Assembly (NCBI GenBank): GCA_951406725.2
Contig: OX597830.1
Location: 25,110,001-25,174,000, forward strand
Reading direction: 5' to 3'
DNA length: 64,000 nt
From: Octopus vulgaris
Lineage: Eukaryota
Shown: in pieces, positions 38,300-58,200 of the stretch
Layout of the letters: the number at the start of each line of letters is the position of its first letter
How positions within the stretch are numbered: position 1 is the stretch's first letter
Position numbers and translations under genes: made by a program
The notes under the pieces: model-generated
What the model was told of the DNA's origin: nothing
Database searches by the model: none
The model's input: the letters and a program-made list of their open reading frames with translations, nothing else

Positions 38300-39992
38300 A
38301 CATGTGTAATTGACTTGATTGTTCTGGTCTTAACATCAGTTGGTAAGAATTGAAGTCATTTGACCACACCTTTTGGTTTGTAATTGGCTCTCTTGTTGTA
38401 TGTTCAATCTGTGGAATATTGAAATGACACCCATCTTGTCCATTCCACAGAATAAGAGGATACTGGAGAGCATCATAAGAGGGATGAGTTTGTGAAACAT
38501 GTTTAATGTTGTTATCTCAAACATGAATGAGAATATCATGATTTTCATGGGGATCACCAACAATAAGATGGCTACTTCATTAGATGTGGGCTCATTAAAA
38601 CAGCATAAAATGTTCTTTACTATATATGTAATGAATGCAGAAACACACACATACTCACAGACACGTAAACACTCATAGAATTGATAATTTTGAAAACAGC
38701 AAAACATACATACACGAAGTTCATGCAAAACGAAATGTAGTCAATATAGGTGCAAAACATACTTTCTGTAGCATAGGTATGCTATAAAAAAAATGGAAAG
38801 TCACCAATTTAGCAAAAGTTACTATGCGTCACCAATGTAACAAAGGACAGAAAGTAAACATTTATTTGGAACATGTACTAAATGTTATAAAATTCACGAC
38901 TGAATGAATGTCACGGTGAAGAAAGTGAAAGGCCAAGAAAATTCTGAAAGCATAATTCAATTCTTCATTCAAAAATAATTTATTTTACAATTTTGAAATG
39001 AACACTGAACAAAGTGTATAGAAAGGAATATGCTGCTGTTGTGAACATTAATTTAAAACATTTGCTGAAGGATGTATGTAGCAAGATATACATTAATTTG
39101 ACATTACTATATATATTTTTAACTGTGTAATGTTATAGGTAGTAGAATAAATATTAACGTAGTAAAAAGGTTGTACAACATTGATACTCACAATGATGAA
39201 AAAGCACAGCAGGAATACAATAAGGACTGTTAAAAAAAGCATTATCTTCAAACTCGTTAGAAAGAGTAGAATAACATTCCTGTCATTATATTGAAAGAGT
39301 CGATGAGGCTTTCTACTTCACCAAGTTTCTGAATTTGTTATAATAATAAGACTAACATTTTTTTTTCAGATACATTTGTGAGTACTGTGAGTGCTGTCAA
39401 ATCAGCCAAATCTTCATGTTGATAGTACTTGAAAGTGAATGCTGTTGTTCGTTTAAAGTCTAGGCTGCAACTAAACTAAACTTTCAAATCAGCGTATTTC
39501 ACTGTTGGCAGGGGTGGGGTGAGTAAAGTCACATACATACACTAAGACACACACATACAGACATACATTAACGCACACCTCAAGACTATCTCTGTCCCTG
39601 TGTGTGTCTGTCTGTCTTTAGATGTGTGTGTGTGTGTGTGTCAGTCATCACAAAATGTATGTATACTGACAGACACATACACCATCACACACATATACTT
39701 GTCAGTCATCGGCCTAACGTACATAATGAACGTGCAAACATACCCATATAGAAAATGTGATGCCATCGTCATTGTGTTGGTGGTATAAAATGTCGTTTAC
39801 AATAGGTGACTAATAGAAAAATGATAATGTTAAATTTTTGTAATGCAAATATGAGATTGAAAATATAGTTTAGTTAGTAGCCAAAAGCTTACTGAATCTT
39901 TTGTTACCCCATACATCAAAATTGATAACTTGGTTTTGGAATGCATAAGGAACATATGCACACATATACAAACTCTCTTTTATAGATATAGA
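38300..39992 (-). mobile_element. Helitron remnant with RepHel coding fragment (38300-38605) and probable 5' end at 39992
   Basis: Minus translation FNEPTSNEVAI/IVGDPHENHDILIHV*DNNIKHVSQTHPSYDALQYPLILWNGQDG...YQLMLR. A|TCTATATCTATAAAAGAGAG start at 39992. Joining these two parts into one element is inferred. Confidence 0.65.
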
Positions 39993-40653
39993 TAATAATA
40001 ATAATAATAATCCTTTCTAAATACTTACATAAAAGAGTGCCGGTAGGATGGTGCTATTGAAGAGTCTGCCATGTATGGCAATGTCTAGCTTTGTTTGGAG
40101 CACATCTTTTATTGAGTTTAAATGCCTTCCATCATGCCCTTATTTTCTTTGAGATTTCAGTGTCTACATCTTGATGCATATTCATTGTGTGCCCAAAGTA
40201 GACATAACTTTTACTGCCTCAATAGAGGTGGGAAGCCAAATATATGTATAAGTAACATATATATCTATATATACATAATATCAATATGCCAATTTGCTTT
40301 TTGTACATACCTGATGCATGTGTCATGCTTAAGAGAAAGAAATTTTGTTGTTTAAATAAAAAATTTTAACTATATCTCCTGTCACTTGTAATTTCATGTA
40401 GAGATTTGAAACCCACCAATGTGTTGTACTGCTACTTCTCAACACCTACGCCTGCTGGGCTATCAAAGCAGCAACATTTTTAATGAGAAAATTAAGATAC
40501 TTAAATTTGACATGTGTATGAGAGGAAGTGAGAGAGAAAGAGAGATGGTGAGAGAGAAAGGGAGATGATGACATGAAACTGAATGGCTGATGGGTATTTG
40601 AATTCCTTTCTACAATTGAACTGAAATTGACCCCTGGCTATTAAAGGCCCAAC

Positions 40654-40693
<40 letters not shown>

Positions 40694-40844
40694 TTTGTTT
40701 TTGGTCTTCAACCCATTTGAATTTGGCCATACACCAGATAACATGGTCAATCCTGAAATTTAAATTTTTAATTTGTTTTTATTATAAAATTACACCTCGG
40801 CTAAAAAACATCTTTTGGCTTTCGAATACAACCTTTTCTTTCAT

Positions 40845-41120
40845 CATCAACATCATCATCGCTTAACATCCGTTTTCCATGCTGGCATGGGTTGGACAGT
40901 TTGATTGGGGACTGGCAAGCCAGGAGGCCACATCAGGCTCCAATCTGATCTGGCAATGTTTCTATAGCTCAATACCCTTCCTAACACCAACCACTATGAG
41001 AGTGTAGTGAGTGCTTTTTACGTGCCACCGGCATGGGAGCCAGTCAGGTGGCACTGGCATCAGCCACGTTTGGATGGTGCATTTTATGTGCTACCAGCAC
41101 AAGAGCTAGTCAGGGTAGGG
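40845..41120 (-). mobile_element. RTE LINE 3' end / RTE-tailed short element
   Basis: (CAT)n tail then TTCCATGCTGGCATGGGTTGG...CCCTTCCTAA..CCAACCACT, the same as 43868-44090 and 50700-50900, where it adjoins RTE coding sequence. Confidence 0.65.
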
Positions 41121-41402
41121 AAATTACAATTTCTCTGTTTTGGTCAAGATTTTTCCTATTTTTTTTTTCTTGTATCAAGTAATGGACAAAAGCATTTTTA
41201 AAAAAATTAAATTCATAGAGCCAAACAAAATCAAAAATATTTATTCTATTTTTACCCTTTCCTTAATCCTAACAAAAACATAGTAGGAGACAGATTTGGC
41301 AGTTATTTCTAGCAAACTGAACAACCACACAGAGTTGTTCAGTTGGCTCATTTGTTGATGTGCATAAGTAAACAAAAACCAAAAGACACACACACACATA
41401 TA

Positions 41403-41916
41403 TCTATATATATAAAACTGTAGTTGTGTGAGTGTCTGTCCCCTTCGATTTAGATTCCTAACTACTCCCACATTTTGCGGTGCAGTTTAACCAAATTCGG
41501 GTATCTTATAGTCGTGATTTATATCGAGCCCGTCTGAGTATTAGCGCGTGTCTACGATGAGTCTACGATTTTAAAAATAATTTAACATCATTTTTTTATT
41601 CCATTTTAATGCATAATTTTTCGTGTGTCGATGGCGGCGGAGTTGGCGTCCATGGTCACACCTGCACCTGTTTGCTTCTCCCCCTTCTTCCCTCCCTCGT
41701 GAAGCTGTGAGGAAGGGAGTGTAAGGAAATCAACATCGTAAAGCGTTGTCAAGGAGACCAGCGTTCTTTTAGAACAACGACTTCATGGCTTGAAGACACC
41801 AAAATTACCATCATTTTTTATTCCTTTTTTAATGCATTTTTTTGCTATAACTCACTAAAAATGCTTATATAGTTATTTCCCTTACAAACCCGAGCAACGC
41901 CGGGCGATACTGCTAG
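41403..41916 (+). mobile_element. Non-autonomous Helitron-like element with canonical ends
   Basis: A|TCTATATATATAAAA start, 3' hairpin CCCGAGCAACGCCGGG and CTAG|T end. CpGs are retained, suggesting a younger copy. Confidence 0.8.
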
Positions 41917-43867
41917 TATATATATAAGAATGTATATGTGTAAAGAGAGACGAAATACTGCATTTTGACCAGTATGCTAACAATTCTGCCAGCTTGCCAC
42001 CTTTAACTATCACAATATAGAAACATTTTTCATGACACCAGCACACAATTTAGAGATGCTTACATTTTTTATAATTTCCATGAATTTTTCATGGGTCCAG
42101 TTAGTACATATAAGTGTGTGTGTGCATGTATATGTATTTATATACATTAAAGGGTGTTGTGAAAGGTTAGATGGAGGCCCAACCTTTCAAGTTCTTTTAC
42201 AGGGCTTAGTAAAACTGAAGGACCACTGAAATTAGAAGGGAATATGTTCAATAAAATCATAATTAACTGATCCTCCTTTATTTTCTTTTACCCAAAGCCA
42301 GGAACTTTTCACCACCACCTCATGTATGTGTATTTATGTGTATGTGGGTGGGTATTCACACACATACACACACACACACACAGTTACATAGATATATAGA
42401 TGTATATCAAAAGAAAAACAATCACCCAGCACATATCACACAGGTCTAATTAATTTAATGCTTACAATCAAAAGTTTTAACTGTTTACTTTTTCATCTAT
42501 TACTACTAACTAATAGTATGCATGAGATTGCTTCAGTCACAAGATAAGTAAAAATTTCTAGATGAAAACTCAGAAACAATTTGTCTACAGTCTAGCTGCA
42601 AAATCTAAAGATTTTCATGTGAGATTTGAGGTAGGTAAAAAACAATATGCCTTGCATAGCAACACTCTATAAGCACTAATTTGAGTTTGGATGGAGTGTG
42701 CCATAGGTGCTCTGTCATGATGGTTAGTAGAGCTGGTTGGATTCTGACAGATACATCACTCATTCCCATGGTCTGTGTACATTTTTTCCATCTTAGATTT
42801 GTGCTTGTAAAGTATATATTTTAGTGTTTATTTACAATAAAAACTTTGTTATACACTCAAACACACACACAAAAAATTTTCATAATACTCCTTTACTTTC
42901 TGAGTTCAAACCTAGACAATGTTTATTTTGCCTTTTACACTTCCGTGATCAATAAAATCATTACTGTCAAGCATTTAACCTCCTCTAGACTTCCAGTCAT
43001 GTGTCATAACTAAAGTTTGTTATAAATAATAAACACTGATAGTCGCTAAAGCATTGGTTTTAGTTATGGGGTATACTGATAGTAAGATAATCACATCATA
43101 GTGATAATTGTGGGACCTGTGGAAATTCCACAGAACAGAAAAGATTAACTGAAGCTATTTAAGAAAGAAAGAGTGATTCTTGTTTCTATTTTGCTAAGCT
43201 ATTTCATTTCCAGTCACAATAATATATTATATGATTTTAAAATTTCCCTCTGCTAAGGACTTCATATTTCTCTCTTTCTTTTTACCTCTTCAACAAACAT
43301 TTTCACCATATAATTCCCTTCTTCCTGTCTTTAGCATGTTTCTATTTCTCTTCACCTTTCTTTCCCAGTTTTCTCTCACTCTTCACCTCTCCCTTTAACT
43401 GACGTATTTGGCCTTAGTGTATTATTATACTCCTCTCTTCTTTCTTTACTACTCACATTTCTCTTCCCTCTCACTTTTACTCCACCTCTCTAACTAAAGT
43501 ATAATGGGCAAATGAACAAGCAGATTATTATATAGATGTTTCTTTTCTAAATTTTCTTTTAGAAAATTTTAAACCAGTATCTTAACCTTATGTCTCTTTG
43601 AATTTCAATAGTATTTCTCTAAACTGGAAATATCTGACAATATCTTACTTTTAAAACTGGCAGACATAGTGCAGTGCTCACAGTCTATGAATTGGAGGGA
43701 TTGCTAGTTCCAGTAGTTTTATATTCTTTGCTGGCATGTATTGATAAATACATTGAAAGCATGAGACTATCTAAGAAAAAAAATGTTCTCTTCCATATAT
43801 AATAAATATCTGTTAAATAGAGTAAATTAAATGAAGTGCCTTGCCTAGAGACTCATAGTATTTTATC

Positions 43868-49071
<5,204 letters not shown>

Positions 49072-49555
49072 CAGATATCTTAAGTGCCTTGATGCAATTC
49101 TAGAAGGAGTAGGGAGCTTTTTTCTAGAGCTAGGAAATCACATCTTGCAGATCAAGAACCTGGCACACAACCACAGCACTTTTCATACATGTTATGATAT
49201 GATATGATAAAACCTAAGTCTTATACAAAGCTGATTGCTATCAGCACAATTTCTTTCAGATGTTGGTAGCTATAATTATTAGAGTAAAATACATTGAAAT
49301 AGAGACAACAAACCTTTAATATTGCTTTGCTTTCCATATCTTGAATACAGTCAGTGTCTGAATTGATAAATGAAGACTGTTTGATATTGAGGTTTCTCAT
49401 AATATTTATGTTTGTGAAATATCATTTTCTGTGATGATATATAATTACAGAGTATCATTATTGTTGATTTGTTAGGCAAGTGTTCATTAATTAAATGCCA
49501 AATTCTTTTCAAGATTTTCGTTATGACTAACTTGTTTCTATTATTTTTTTTTTAG

Positions 49556-50107
49556 AATGCTATGGAGACGTGGCAGACTTTGTATTTGTTCTGGACTCCT
49601 CTAGCAGTATTTGGCCTCCAGACTATAACAGATTGCGGTCATTTGTTGATAATTTTGCAAAAAACTACGATATTGGACAAGGGCCATGCCAAATAAAAAT
49701 GGGTGTGGTATCATACAGCGACAAGGCACATGTTGACATACCACTCGACAAATACAAAGATAGATGGGCTGTATCAGATGCAATTAAAGATGTTCCTTAT
49801 CGAATGGGACAGACAAACACAGCTGATGCCTTGGACCTTACAAGGAAAATGTTTGAACGTCCTTATCCACAACCTGAAAGACCCCAAGTTGCTATTATTG
49901 TCACTGATGGAACATCAGACAATCGTTTAGAAACAAGAAGAAAAGCTCAGAAATTAAAGGATGCCGGCATTCATACATACTCTGTTGGAGTAGGAAACAA
50001 TGTTGATTTGCAAGAATTAGTGGACATTGCCAGTACATACCCGAAAGGAATTGTTCGTGTACCAAGCTATAAAGCTCTTGAACAGATTGCAATCAGTTTT
50101 AACGTCA
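49556..50107 (+). CDS. Internal exon encoding a von Willebrand factor A domain (matrilin/collagen VI-like)
   Basis: Poly-T tract plus AG at 49554-49555, donor A|GTAAGT at 50107/50108, length 552 nt (phase 1-1). CYGDVADFVFVLDSSSSI (DxSxS), GQTNTA, AIIVTDG, YSVGVG...ELVDIAS give an intact MIDAS with no stops. Confidence 0.92.
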
Positions 50108-50699
50108 GTAAGTAGTCCTTTTTATCACATTTAAAAATATAATCTCCATTATTCTATTTTTTAAAATAAATTAGATATATTTTACCAAAAAGAAAGTGCA
50201 AGAACAATTACTATTAGAAGTCCATGTAAAACTGAAAAGTCCAAAAAATACTCACTTGGTATTTTTTTTATTCATATAGGTGAAACAACTTACAAACAGA
50301 TGTGAAATTTAAAAAAGATACAAATCATATTTTATTTCATAAACAATATCTAATGCAAAGCATTTTAACATTAAAATATTATTGAAGTAGAAAGCATATG
50401 TAAAACAATGTTTGGTTTGGGGTTGAGCTAAAAGATATTAACTTGGATAAATAGAGATTATAATAAGTTTTGTGCATAGCTATCTTCTCTTAAGATCTTA
50501 AGGGCCTTTTAACTTTCAAAAAGAAGCTAATTTTGGTAATACCATGACAATTGAATTTACATGAAGGCCATTTCAAATTTGAAATTTAATTTCCAAGATT
50601 TTTTAAACAATGAGAACGAGTGCAATTGTCCATCCTTTAAATAACTAGCATGCTCTTAAACATGATTTAATAGCCTGAGTTTCTTTGGGAAAATCTTCA

Positions 50700-52145
50700 T
50701 CATCTTCTTCAGCAGCAGCATCACCATCATAGTTTAACATCCATTTTCTATGCTGGCATGGGATGGTTGGTTTGACAGGAGTTTGCCAGCCAGGGAGCTG
50801 TCCAGACTTGAGTTTTCTGTTTGGCATGGTTTCTACAGCTGGATGCCCTTCCTAAAGCCAACCACTTTACAAAGTGTGCTGGGTGCTTTTTACGTGTGAC
50901 TGGCATGGGTGCATTTATGCACCACTGGCACAAGGGTGTTTACACAGCACCAGTGTAAGTGCATTTTACATGGCACTGGCACCTGCAAAGAATTTGCCTG
51001 TATGTATGGATGACCACAATTTTATTTATCTTGACACATCTTCTCAAGTACAGCAAATCACCACAACTCCCAGTCCCTTGTCGTTTCCTCAGTGAGGTTC
51101 AGCATCTGAAGATCTTTTCTTAATACTTCATCCCACATCTTCCTACGTCTACCCCTTCCACAGATTCCCCCTAGTCCCCACAATTAGAGATTGACAACTC
51201 TTTACATAGCTGTTCTCATCCACATGCATCACATAACCAAACCAATGCAGCCATCTTTCTTACACACAACATCTGATGCCTCTTAAATCCAGTTTTCTCT
51301 TAGATCATTCTGTCATGTGTGCACATTGACATTACCCATCCATTGGAGCATGCTAGCTTCATGTTTTTCAAGCTTTTATAAGTCCTCTAGAATCACAGCC
51401 CATGTTTCACTGCCATGTAGCATAGCTGTATGTACACAGGCATCAAAGAATCTGCCTTTTACTCTGAGACAGAGGTTCTTAGTTACCAACAGAGACAGAA
51501 GCTCTTAGAACTTTACCCAGTTCATTCCTATTCTAGCAACTACACTTTCAGAACATCCTCCTCCACTGCTAACTTGGTTGCCAAGGCAACAGAAGTTATC
51601 TACTATTTCTAAGGATCTCCCTGGGTATTTGAAGATGTCTATTGTCTGCAAATATTTAATGCTTACTGTAACTGCACATTTGCCAAAGATTATTTTTTCT
51701 GTTAGCCTTCCTGTGATACTGCTACACCTGTTATATGTCCAAAGCTTGCACTGGGTACAATGCATAGAGTTTCTACCAACATCCTTCTTACATATAGAGC
51801 AGGGTCATTTTCCTGAAGAGACTTGTGATTTGTTTGTTTTCCTACTTAGGAGGAATTTGGTCTTTGCTAGATTAACTCTAAGGCTCTTAGATTCAAGGCT
51901 TCACTTCCACACCTGAAATGTCTTCTCTAGGTCATGTAGTGATTCAGCTATAAGATCATCAGCAAAGAGGAGCTCTCAGGGACAGACAGTCTTGAATTCC
52001 TCTGTTATGGCATGGAAGATTAGGATAAACGAGAGGGGACTGAGAACTCATCCTTAGTGAACTCGTACCTCTACACTGAATTAATTGCTACACTCGTTGC
52101 CAACCTTCACCTTACTGGCAACATTCATGTACATGGCTTGTATAT
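50700..52145 (-). mobile_element. 5'-truncated RTE-like LINE in the intron
   Basis: GSVLSPLSF, ELLFADDL RT motif, CTQCKLW...RCS, EIVDNFCCLG, and (CAT)n-type tail at about 50700. Confidence 0.82.
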
Positions 52146-53848
52146 ATAAAAAAATGATTGCCTGTCAGACACTCCAATAATTTCAATGATAAAATGAGAT
52201 TTTAAGATAATTATGGCAAATATTTAAAACTTGTGTGTCCAAACTATTTTTGTTTCCAGCATAACATTTAGATCTTATTATTTCCAAAGCTTAGAATATA
52301 AGATCCATAGATCCAGTTTTCTGTATAAAAAGCATGTTATATATTTATATTTTTAGAGATAAGTAACATCCATAGTTTATTTATACATTTCTTAGTATGT
52401 AAATAATATCAATGTGAGTAAAAGTAACAACAGCAGTAGCATTAATACTAGTTTTATTTTTTCATATAGTACTTTTGAAGAGACATAAGTTTCTAACCTT
52501 CAAACTGGAATCATAACTTACAAGTTGCTTCATTGATAGATTTTGAGCAGTGCTCAAATACCTAACCTTTATCATTCACTAAAATCAAGAATAATGTATT
52601 TTATGTCAAGAAAATCAAAAGTTGTGATGTTCATGATTTTCTGAAGTAATAAATATAAAATGGTAGGAGTGAATATGTGTGTTTTTGTGCTGTGAAATGT
52701 ATCACTATATGACTTCCATTTTAGAAAGATCAATTTTACGCTATTTATTGTCAGTTCTGCAACATGACACTGGTTTTTTATCTTCTAAGAATGTTCCTGT
52801 AAAACATGTTGACTTAGATAATATGCATAAGACTATTACTACCAACAAAATATACTTGTATTCTTCCTTTTGTCACAACTCCGAATGACCCTGTTCAAAA
52901 GAAAATTAATCATAAAAATTTCCAACCCATATAAAAACAATTGTATAGTCTTTCTTTCTACTTCTACTGTTTTTACTGCTCCAATATTTTTCACTATAGA
53001 TGCCACTTCATTCCATTTATTCAATCATTTTTATCAAAACCCAACTCCCTTAAGTGTCTCACTGAATCTCAAGATATATCCAACTCACAACCTATGCACT
53101 GTAATATCTTGCTTGTTACTTGTGAACCCTAGTATTTGATCAACTACCTCCATATAATAATAGATAATTAAATTAATTTAAGGTCATAGACATGACTTTT
53201 CCTCTTTAAACTAATGAATTAAAATAAAATAAGTCTAATTATACAAATTTAATAGTACTGCCTTGTTCTATGATTCATTGAATGAGAACTTTTATAAGTG
53301 CCATTATCAGGAATAAAACTGTTCAAAACCCAACTGACTTGTTCCCTACAGCAGAACTGTCAAACTTGTTTGATTTTGTGCCACATTGCAGTATAAACTA
53401 GATCTTGTGGGCTGGATAAAAACATTATTCTTTTAATAAAAAGATTATTCTTTTAAAAAACCTTATTTATAGTGTTGATCAAAATAAATGGATTGAGGTC
53501 TTAATATACATTATAACAATTTCATTAACAATAAAGAAAGGAAGAGAATATGATGTGGTTGCAAGTCTGTGAGCAGAGATGTGTGGGGAAAAACTCATCC
53601 ATATAGGATATATATATATATTTATATATATATACAGTCCTATTAAGTAAGAGTACTTAGTGTGAGGATGGAGACAGAAATTGTCTATATGAATACATAC
53701 AGGTCTTGAGAAGACATCAATGCTTGATAAAAAACTTATACTGTCTCAACTACAAAAACCCTTCAACATAGTGTATATATCACCAAAATCTATTCAGATG
53801 AACAAATGCATAACTTTGGGGGAAAAAAAGAAAAATCAGTTTGCTTCA

Positions 53849-53885
<37 letters not shown>

Positions 53886-55295
53886 AAGTGAAGGGGAAAT
53901 AGGTCACATTTTTTAGTATTTAATTCATAAGCTTCTTTGTCATTGGATGAGACTCCATTAGGTCATCTAATACACTCTAACTTCACAGACTTGTCCTGCC
54001 AGCCAGCACTCTCTTTCTCTCCTCTGAATCATCTCTTCTGCCATTCCTCATATACTCTTGCCCATCTTATCATCCATTCTACCTTTCTCATTTTGATGTC
54101 ATTGTTGTTTCTCTCCAACTCTTTTCCTCAGTCACATGTGAAAATGTACACCCCTTAATTTATTGAAGACTTCCTATACTTATATTTACTCCCCTATTCC
54201 CACCTCGTAAATAACTATTTCTGACCCTTCTGCCAACACTGTTCCTTTCCAAATTTACATTCACTGTGAACATGGCATCCCCCACTTATTGTTCACACTG
54301 CAAAGTTATTGACTAAATGAGCAGAGATAGTGTAGTATAATAGCATTGTCTCACTCAGGATTATTCAACCCACTTAATGTTTCTACCATGAGAAAATGCA
54401 CCCAGAACACTATGTAACATGGTTGACATTAGGAAGGACATCCAGTCATAGAAACCAAACCAAATGACTTTGTAAATTTAGATCATGACAACTTGTTCAA
54501 TTCATGTCACCATGAAAAGCAGACATATAATGATGATGAATGATTTTTAAAAATGATTAAAGTTTGTTACAAAGATAAAAGAAGAAATTTTGGTTTAGTT
54601 TTAAATATCTTTATATAAGAAACAAGAGGACATAATGAGTGGTCCATGGAGAAGAATGCTTGAATGACTGCTTTACTATATCTAGTTTGACACTACACTG
54701 TTTTCATTTGAAATTTTGTGCAAGCTTAAGCTTAATTCTAACCTGCTAATAAAATAAATAATATATCAGAGCAGATCAACTGTCTGTATATCCTTCCCAT
54801 AAAATTTGCTTTTACATAGCTAGAAATTGTCAATTTTACTGCATCACACAAACTTAACCAATCAATACTTCTCAGAAAATGTTAAAGTTCGATTTTACAT
54901 ATATTTCCCCATCAACTTAAAAAAGTAAAAACTTACATATATTCAGCTGTTCTTATTCTTTAGTCTAAAAGTACTTTATCTTCAGACTAATTATAAAATT
55001 TAGAAATTTTAAAAAATCTGCATTAGAAAAATGTCAATTAAATAAAAACGTTTCTCAATTGACAAAAATGCATATGTATTTTGTTAGGCTAATCATAAAT
55101 CCTGGTATTGTAGGGAAATTGGATATAATTACTTCAATCAGTCCTTGTGTAATATTGGTTTAAATTTAATAAAGAGTTGAAGTCAGAGTTTACATGTGTA
55201 AAACTAAATAGTGCAAGACATTCCTTCTAGCAACTTCCTTCAAGCAAAAATTATTATATGAAAATACATTAATATACATCTTAATTTTTCTTCAG

Positions 55296-58200
55296 AGAAG
55301 ATGACAACCCCAGCATATGCACCAACTACAGCAAGGATACCTGAGGTAACATCACAGATATTTTATCAACTTTCATCAAAAAAAATAACTGAAATTACAA
55401 CAGCATCTCAAATACCTGAAATTACATTAACATTTGAAAATAGGGAACACAGGGGTAAAAGTGACGATGACAAAACACAAACCCTGACAACATTGACGCC
55501 AAGCATAACATTCCCAATGGTTAAACAAACAGTGACAAAGAAACCACTATCGAAAGCTACACCTTCAATGACAACTTCTAAAAGACTTACTACAACACCA
55601 GTAATGACACTTATAACAACTACACATAAAATAACAAAGACACCCATGAAACAAACCACAACCGCAGTATTAACAGACACAAATACAAACTTGCAACAAA
55701 CAAAATTAACACACAATGTAACAACATATTCAACACCAAAGGAACACAAGGAGAATACAACAGAATCTACATTAACACAACTTCAGAATAAAACAACTGA
55801 ATTGATATACAACGAAAACTGGAATAAGACATTACAAAATGAAACAGATACCAAAATGGTTGATCACCTTACATCATTCACAAGCACAGTAATGACACAC
55901 CCAAACCAAATAACAAAAATAAAAGAGTTTAACACTCCAAACACTACCATAGTGCATAGGAACATAACAACAATAACAGAAAAACCCATTTCATATAATA
56001 ATATAACAACACATCCTCAAGAGCATGTTAATATCACAAAAGATAACGTAAGTACACAGGGATCTTTACAAAACACAGCACACACTAGTATAGAAATACA
56101 AGGAATTACAGAGCAAGATGACATGAAAAGACAAACAACAAAAGGAATTACACAAGAATATATACATACAACAGAAAAAATACCTGAATACACACAAATT
56201 CATAAATATCATGTCAAAACAGCACCCACTAACATTATAAGTGAACAGCAATATACAACTCAGGCATCAACTGAAAAGACTCTCATAATGACTCCACCAC
56301 GAAGCACACCAGAATTGCTTACAAAACTTATCACAGTCACAACAACACATATTCCGTCAACAAGCCAAATTCAAACAGAAACTATGAAATCAACTTCCCA
56401 ACATCCTCAAATAACACACGTTCACACATCTATTGGTGAACATACAACACAACTCAGAGATATTCTAACAACAGTGATTACACCACTTCTCACCACACCT
56501 ACCAAACAAACAACTCTAGCTAAAGTTGTACAAACGTCCATGCCAATCACAGATACTGCTAGCAAACTACACGTAGTAACTCAAACAACAATTGCTTCAT
56601 CAACAACAGATCACACTTCTGCCACTGAAATACCACTCACCGATCAAATTATGACTAAGTATAGAACTCATTCATCGATAGAAAAGACTCCAGAAAATAC
56701 TACGCCATCAAGCACACCAAAACTGCTTTCACAACCTATCACAGATACAACACAGATTACTTCCATGAGTCACATTCAAACACAAACTGACGAAACTACT
56801 GCTAAACTTCCTCACACAGCACACATTCACACATCTACTGTTGAAAGCACAACGCAACTCACAGAGGTTCAAACACCTCAGATTCCATGGCCGAACAACA
56901 CAACTGCTGAAAAAACAACGCTCTCAACTCTACCTGAATATGTTCAAACATCTATGCGAACCACACTTACCACTACCAAAATGCACACAAAAAAAAACAT
57001 GACTACTACTTCATCAACAACAGAACACATCAATGTGACTAAAATACCACTCACAACGCAAACTAACAATCAGTATACAACTAAAGCACCCACTATAAAA
57101 ACACTAGAAACATCTATGCCCACCACAATTTCTGCTCCCACATTGAGTATACCAACTAAAACAACTATTGCTTCCTCAACTGCAGAACAAACGACTGTCA
57201 CTGAACTGCCACGCACTCACAAAACTACAACTCAAGCTACCACATTCACATCGACTGTAAAGACTCCAGAAACAACCACACAAACAGGCACACCAGAAAT
57301 GATTACAGCACCTGTCACGGACACAACTGCACACATTGCATCAACAACACAAATTCAAACAGAAACCAAGAAGACAACTTCCCAACTTCCAACACATCTT
57401 TTAACACCTACTACTGAAACAACAACACAACCTGAAGAAATTATTACAACTCACACTGCAGAATCTCGAACAGCGACAACAAAACTACCATCTCTAACAA
57501 CTCTAGCCGAAGAAGTAGAAACATCTATGCACACCACAATTTCTGCTCCCACAGTGAGTACACCAACACAAACAACTATTGCTTCCTCAACTGCAGAACA
57601 TACGACTGTCACTGAACTGCCACGCACTGACAAAACTACAACTGAAGCTACCACATTCACATCGATTGAAAGGACTCCAGAAACAATCACACAAACAGGC
57701 ACACCAGAAATGATTACAGCACCTGTCACGGACACAACTGCACACATTGCATCAACAACACGAATTCAAAAAGAAACAGAGAAGACAACAACCCAACTTC
57801 CTACAACAACACATCTTATAACACCTACTACTGAAACAACAACACAACCTGAAGAAATTCTTACAACTCACACTGCAGAACCCATAACAGCGACAACAAA
57901 ACTACCATCCCTAACAACACTAGCCGAAGAAGTAGAAACATCTATGCCCACAATTTCTGCTCCTACAATGAGTACACCAACTCAAACAACTATTGCTTCC
58001 TCAACTGCAGAACATACGACTGTCACTGAACTGCCACGCACTGACAAAACTACTGAAGCTACCACATTCACATCGACTGAAAAGACTCCAGAAACAACCA
58101 CACAAACAGGCACACCAGAAATGATTACAGCACCTGTCACGGACACAACTGCACACATTGCATCAACAACTCAAATTCAAACAGAAACCGACAAGACAAC

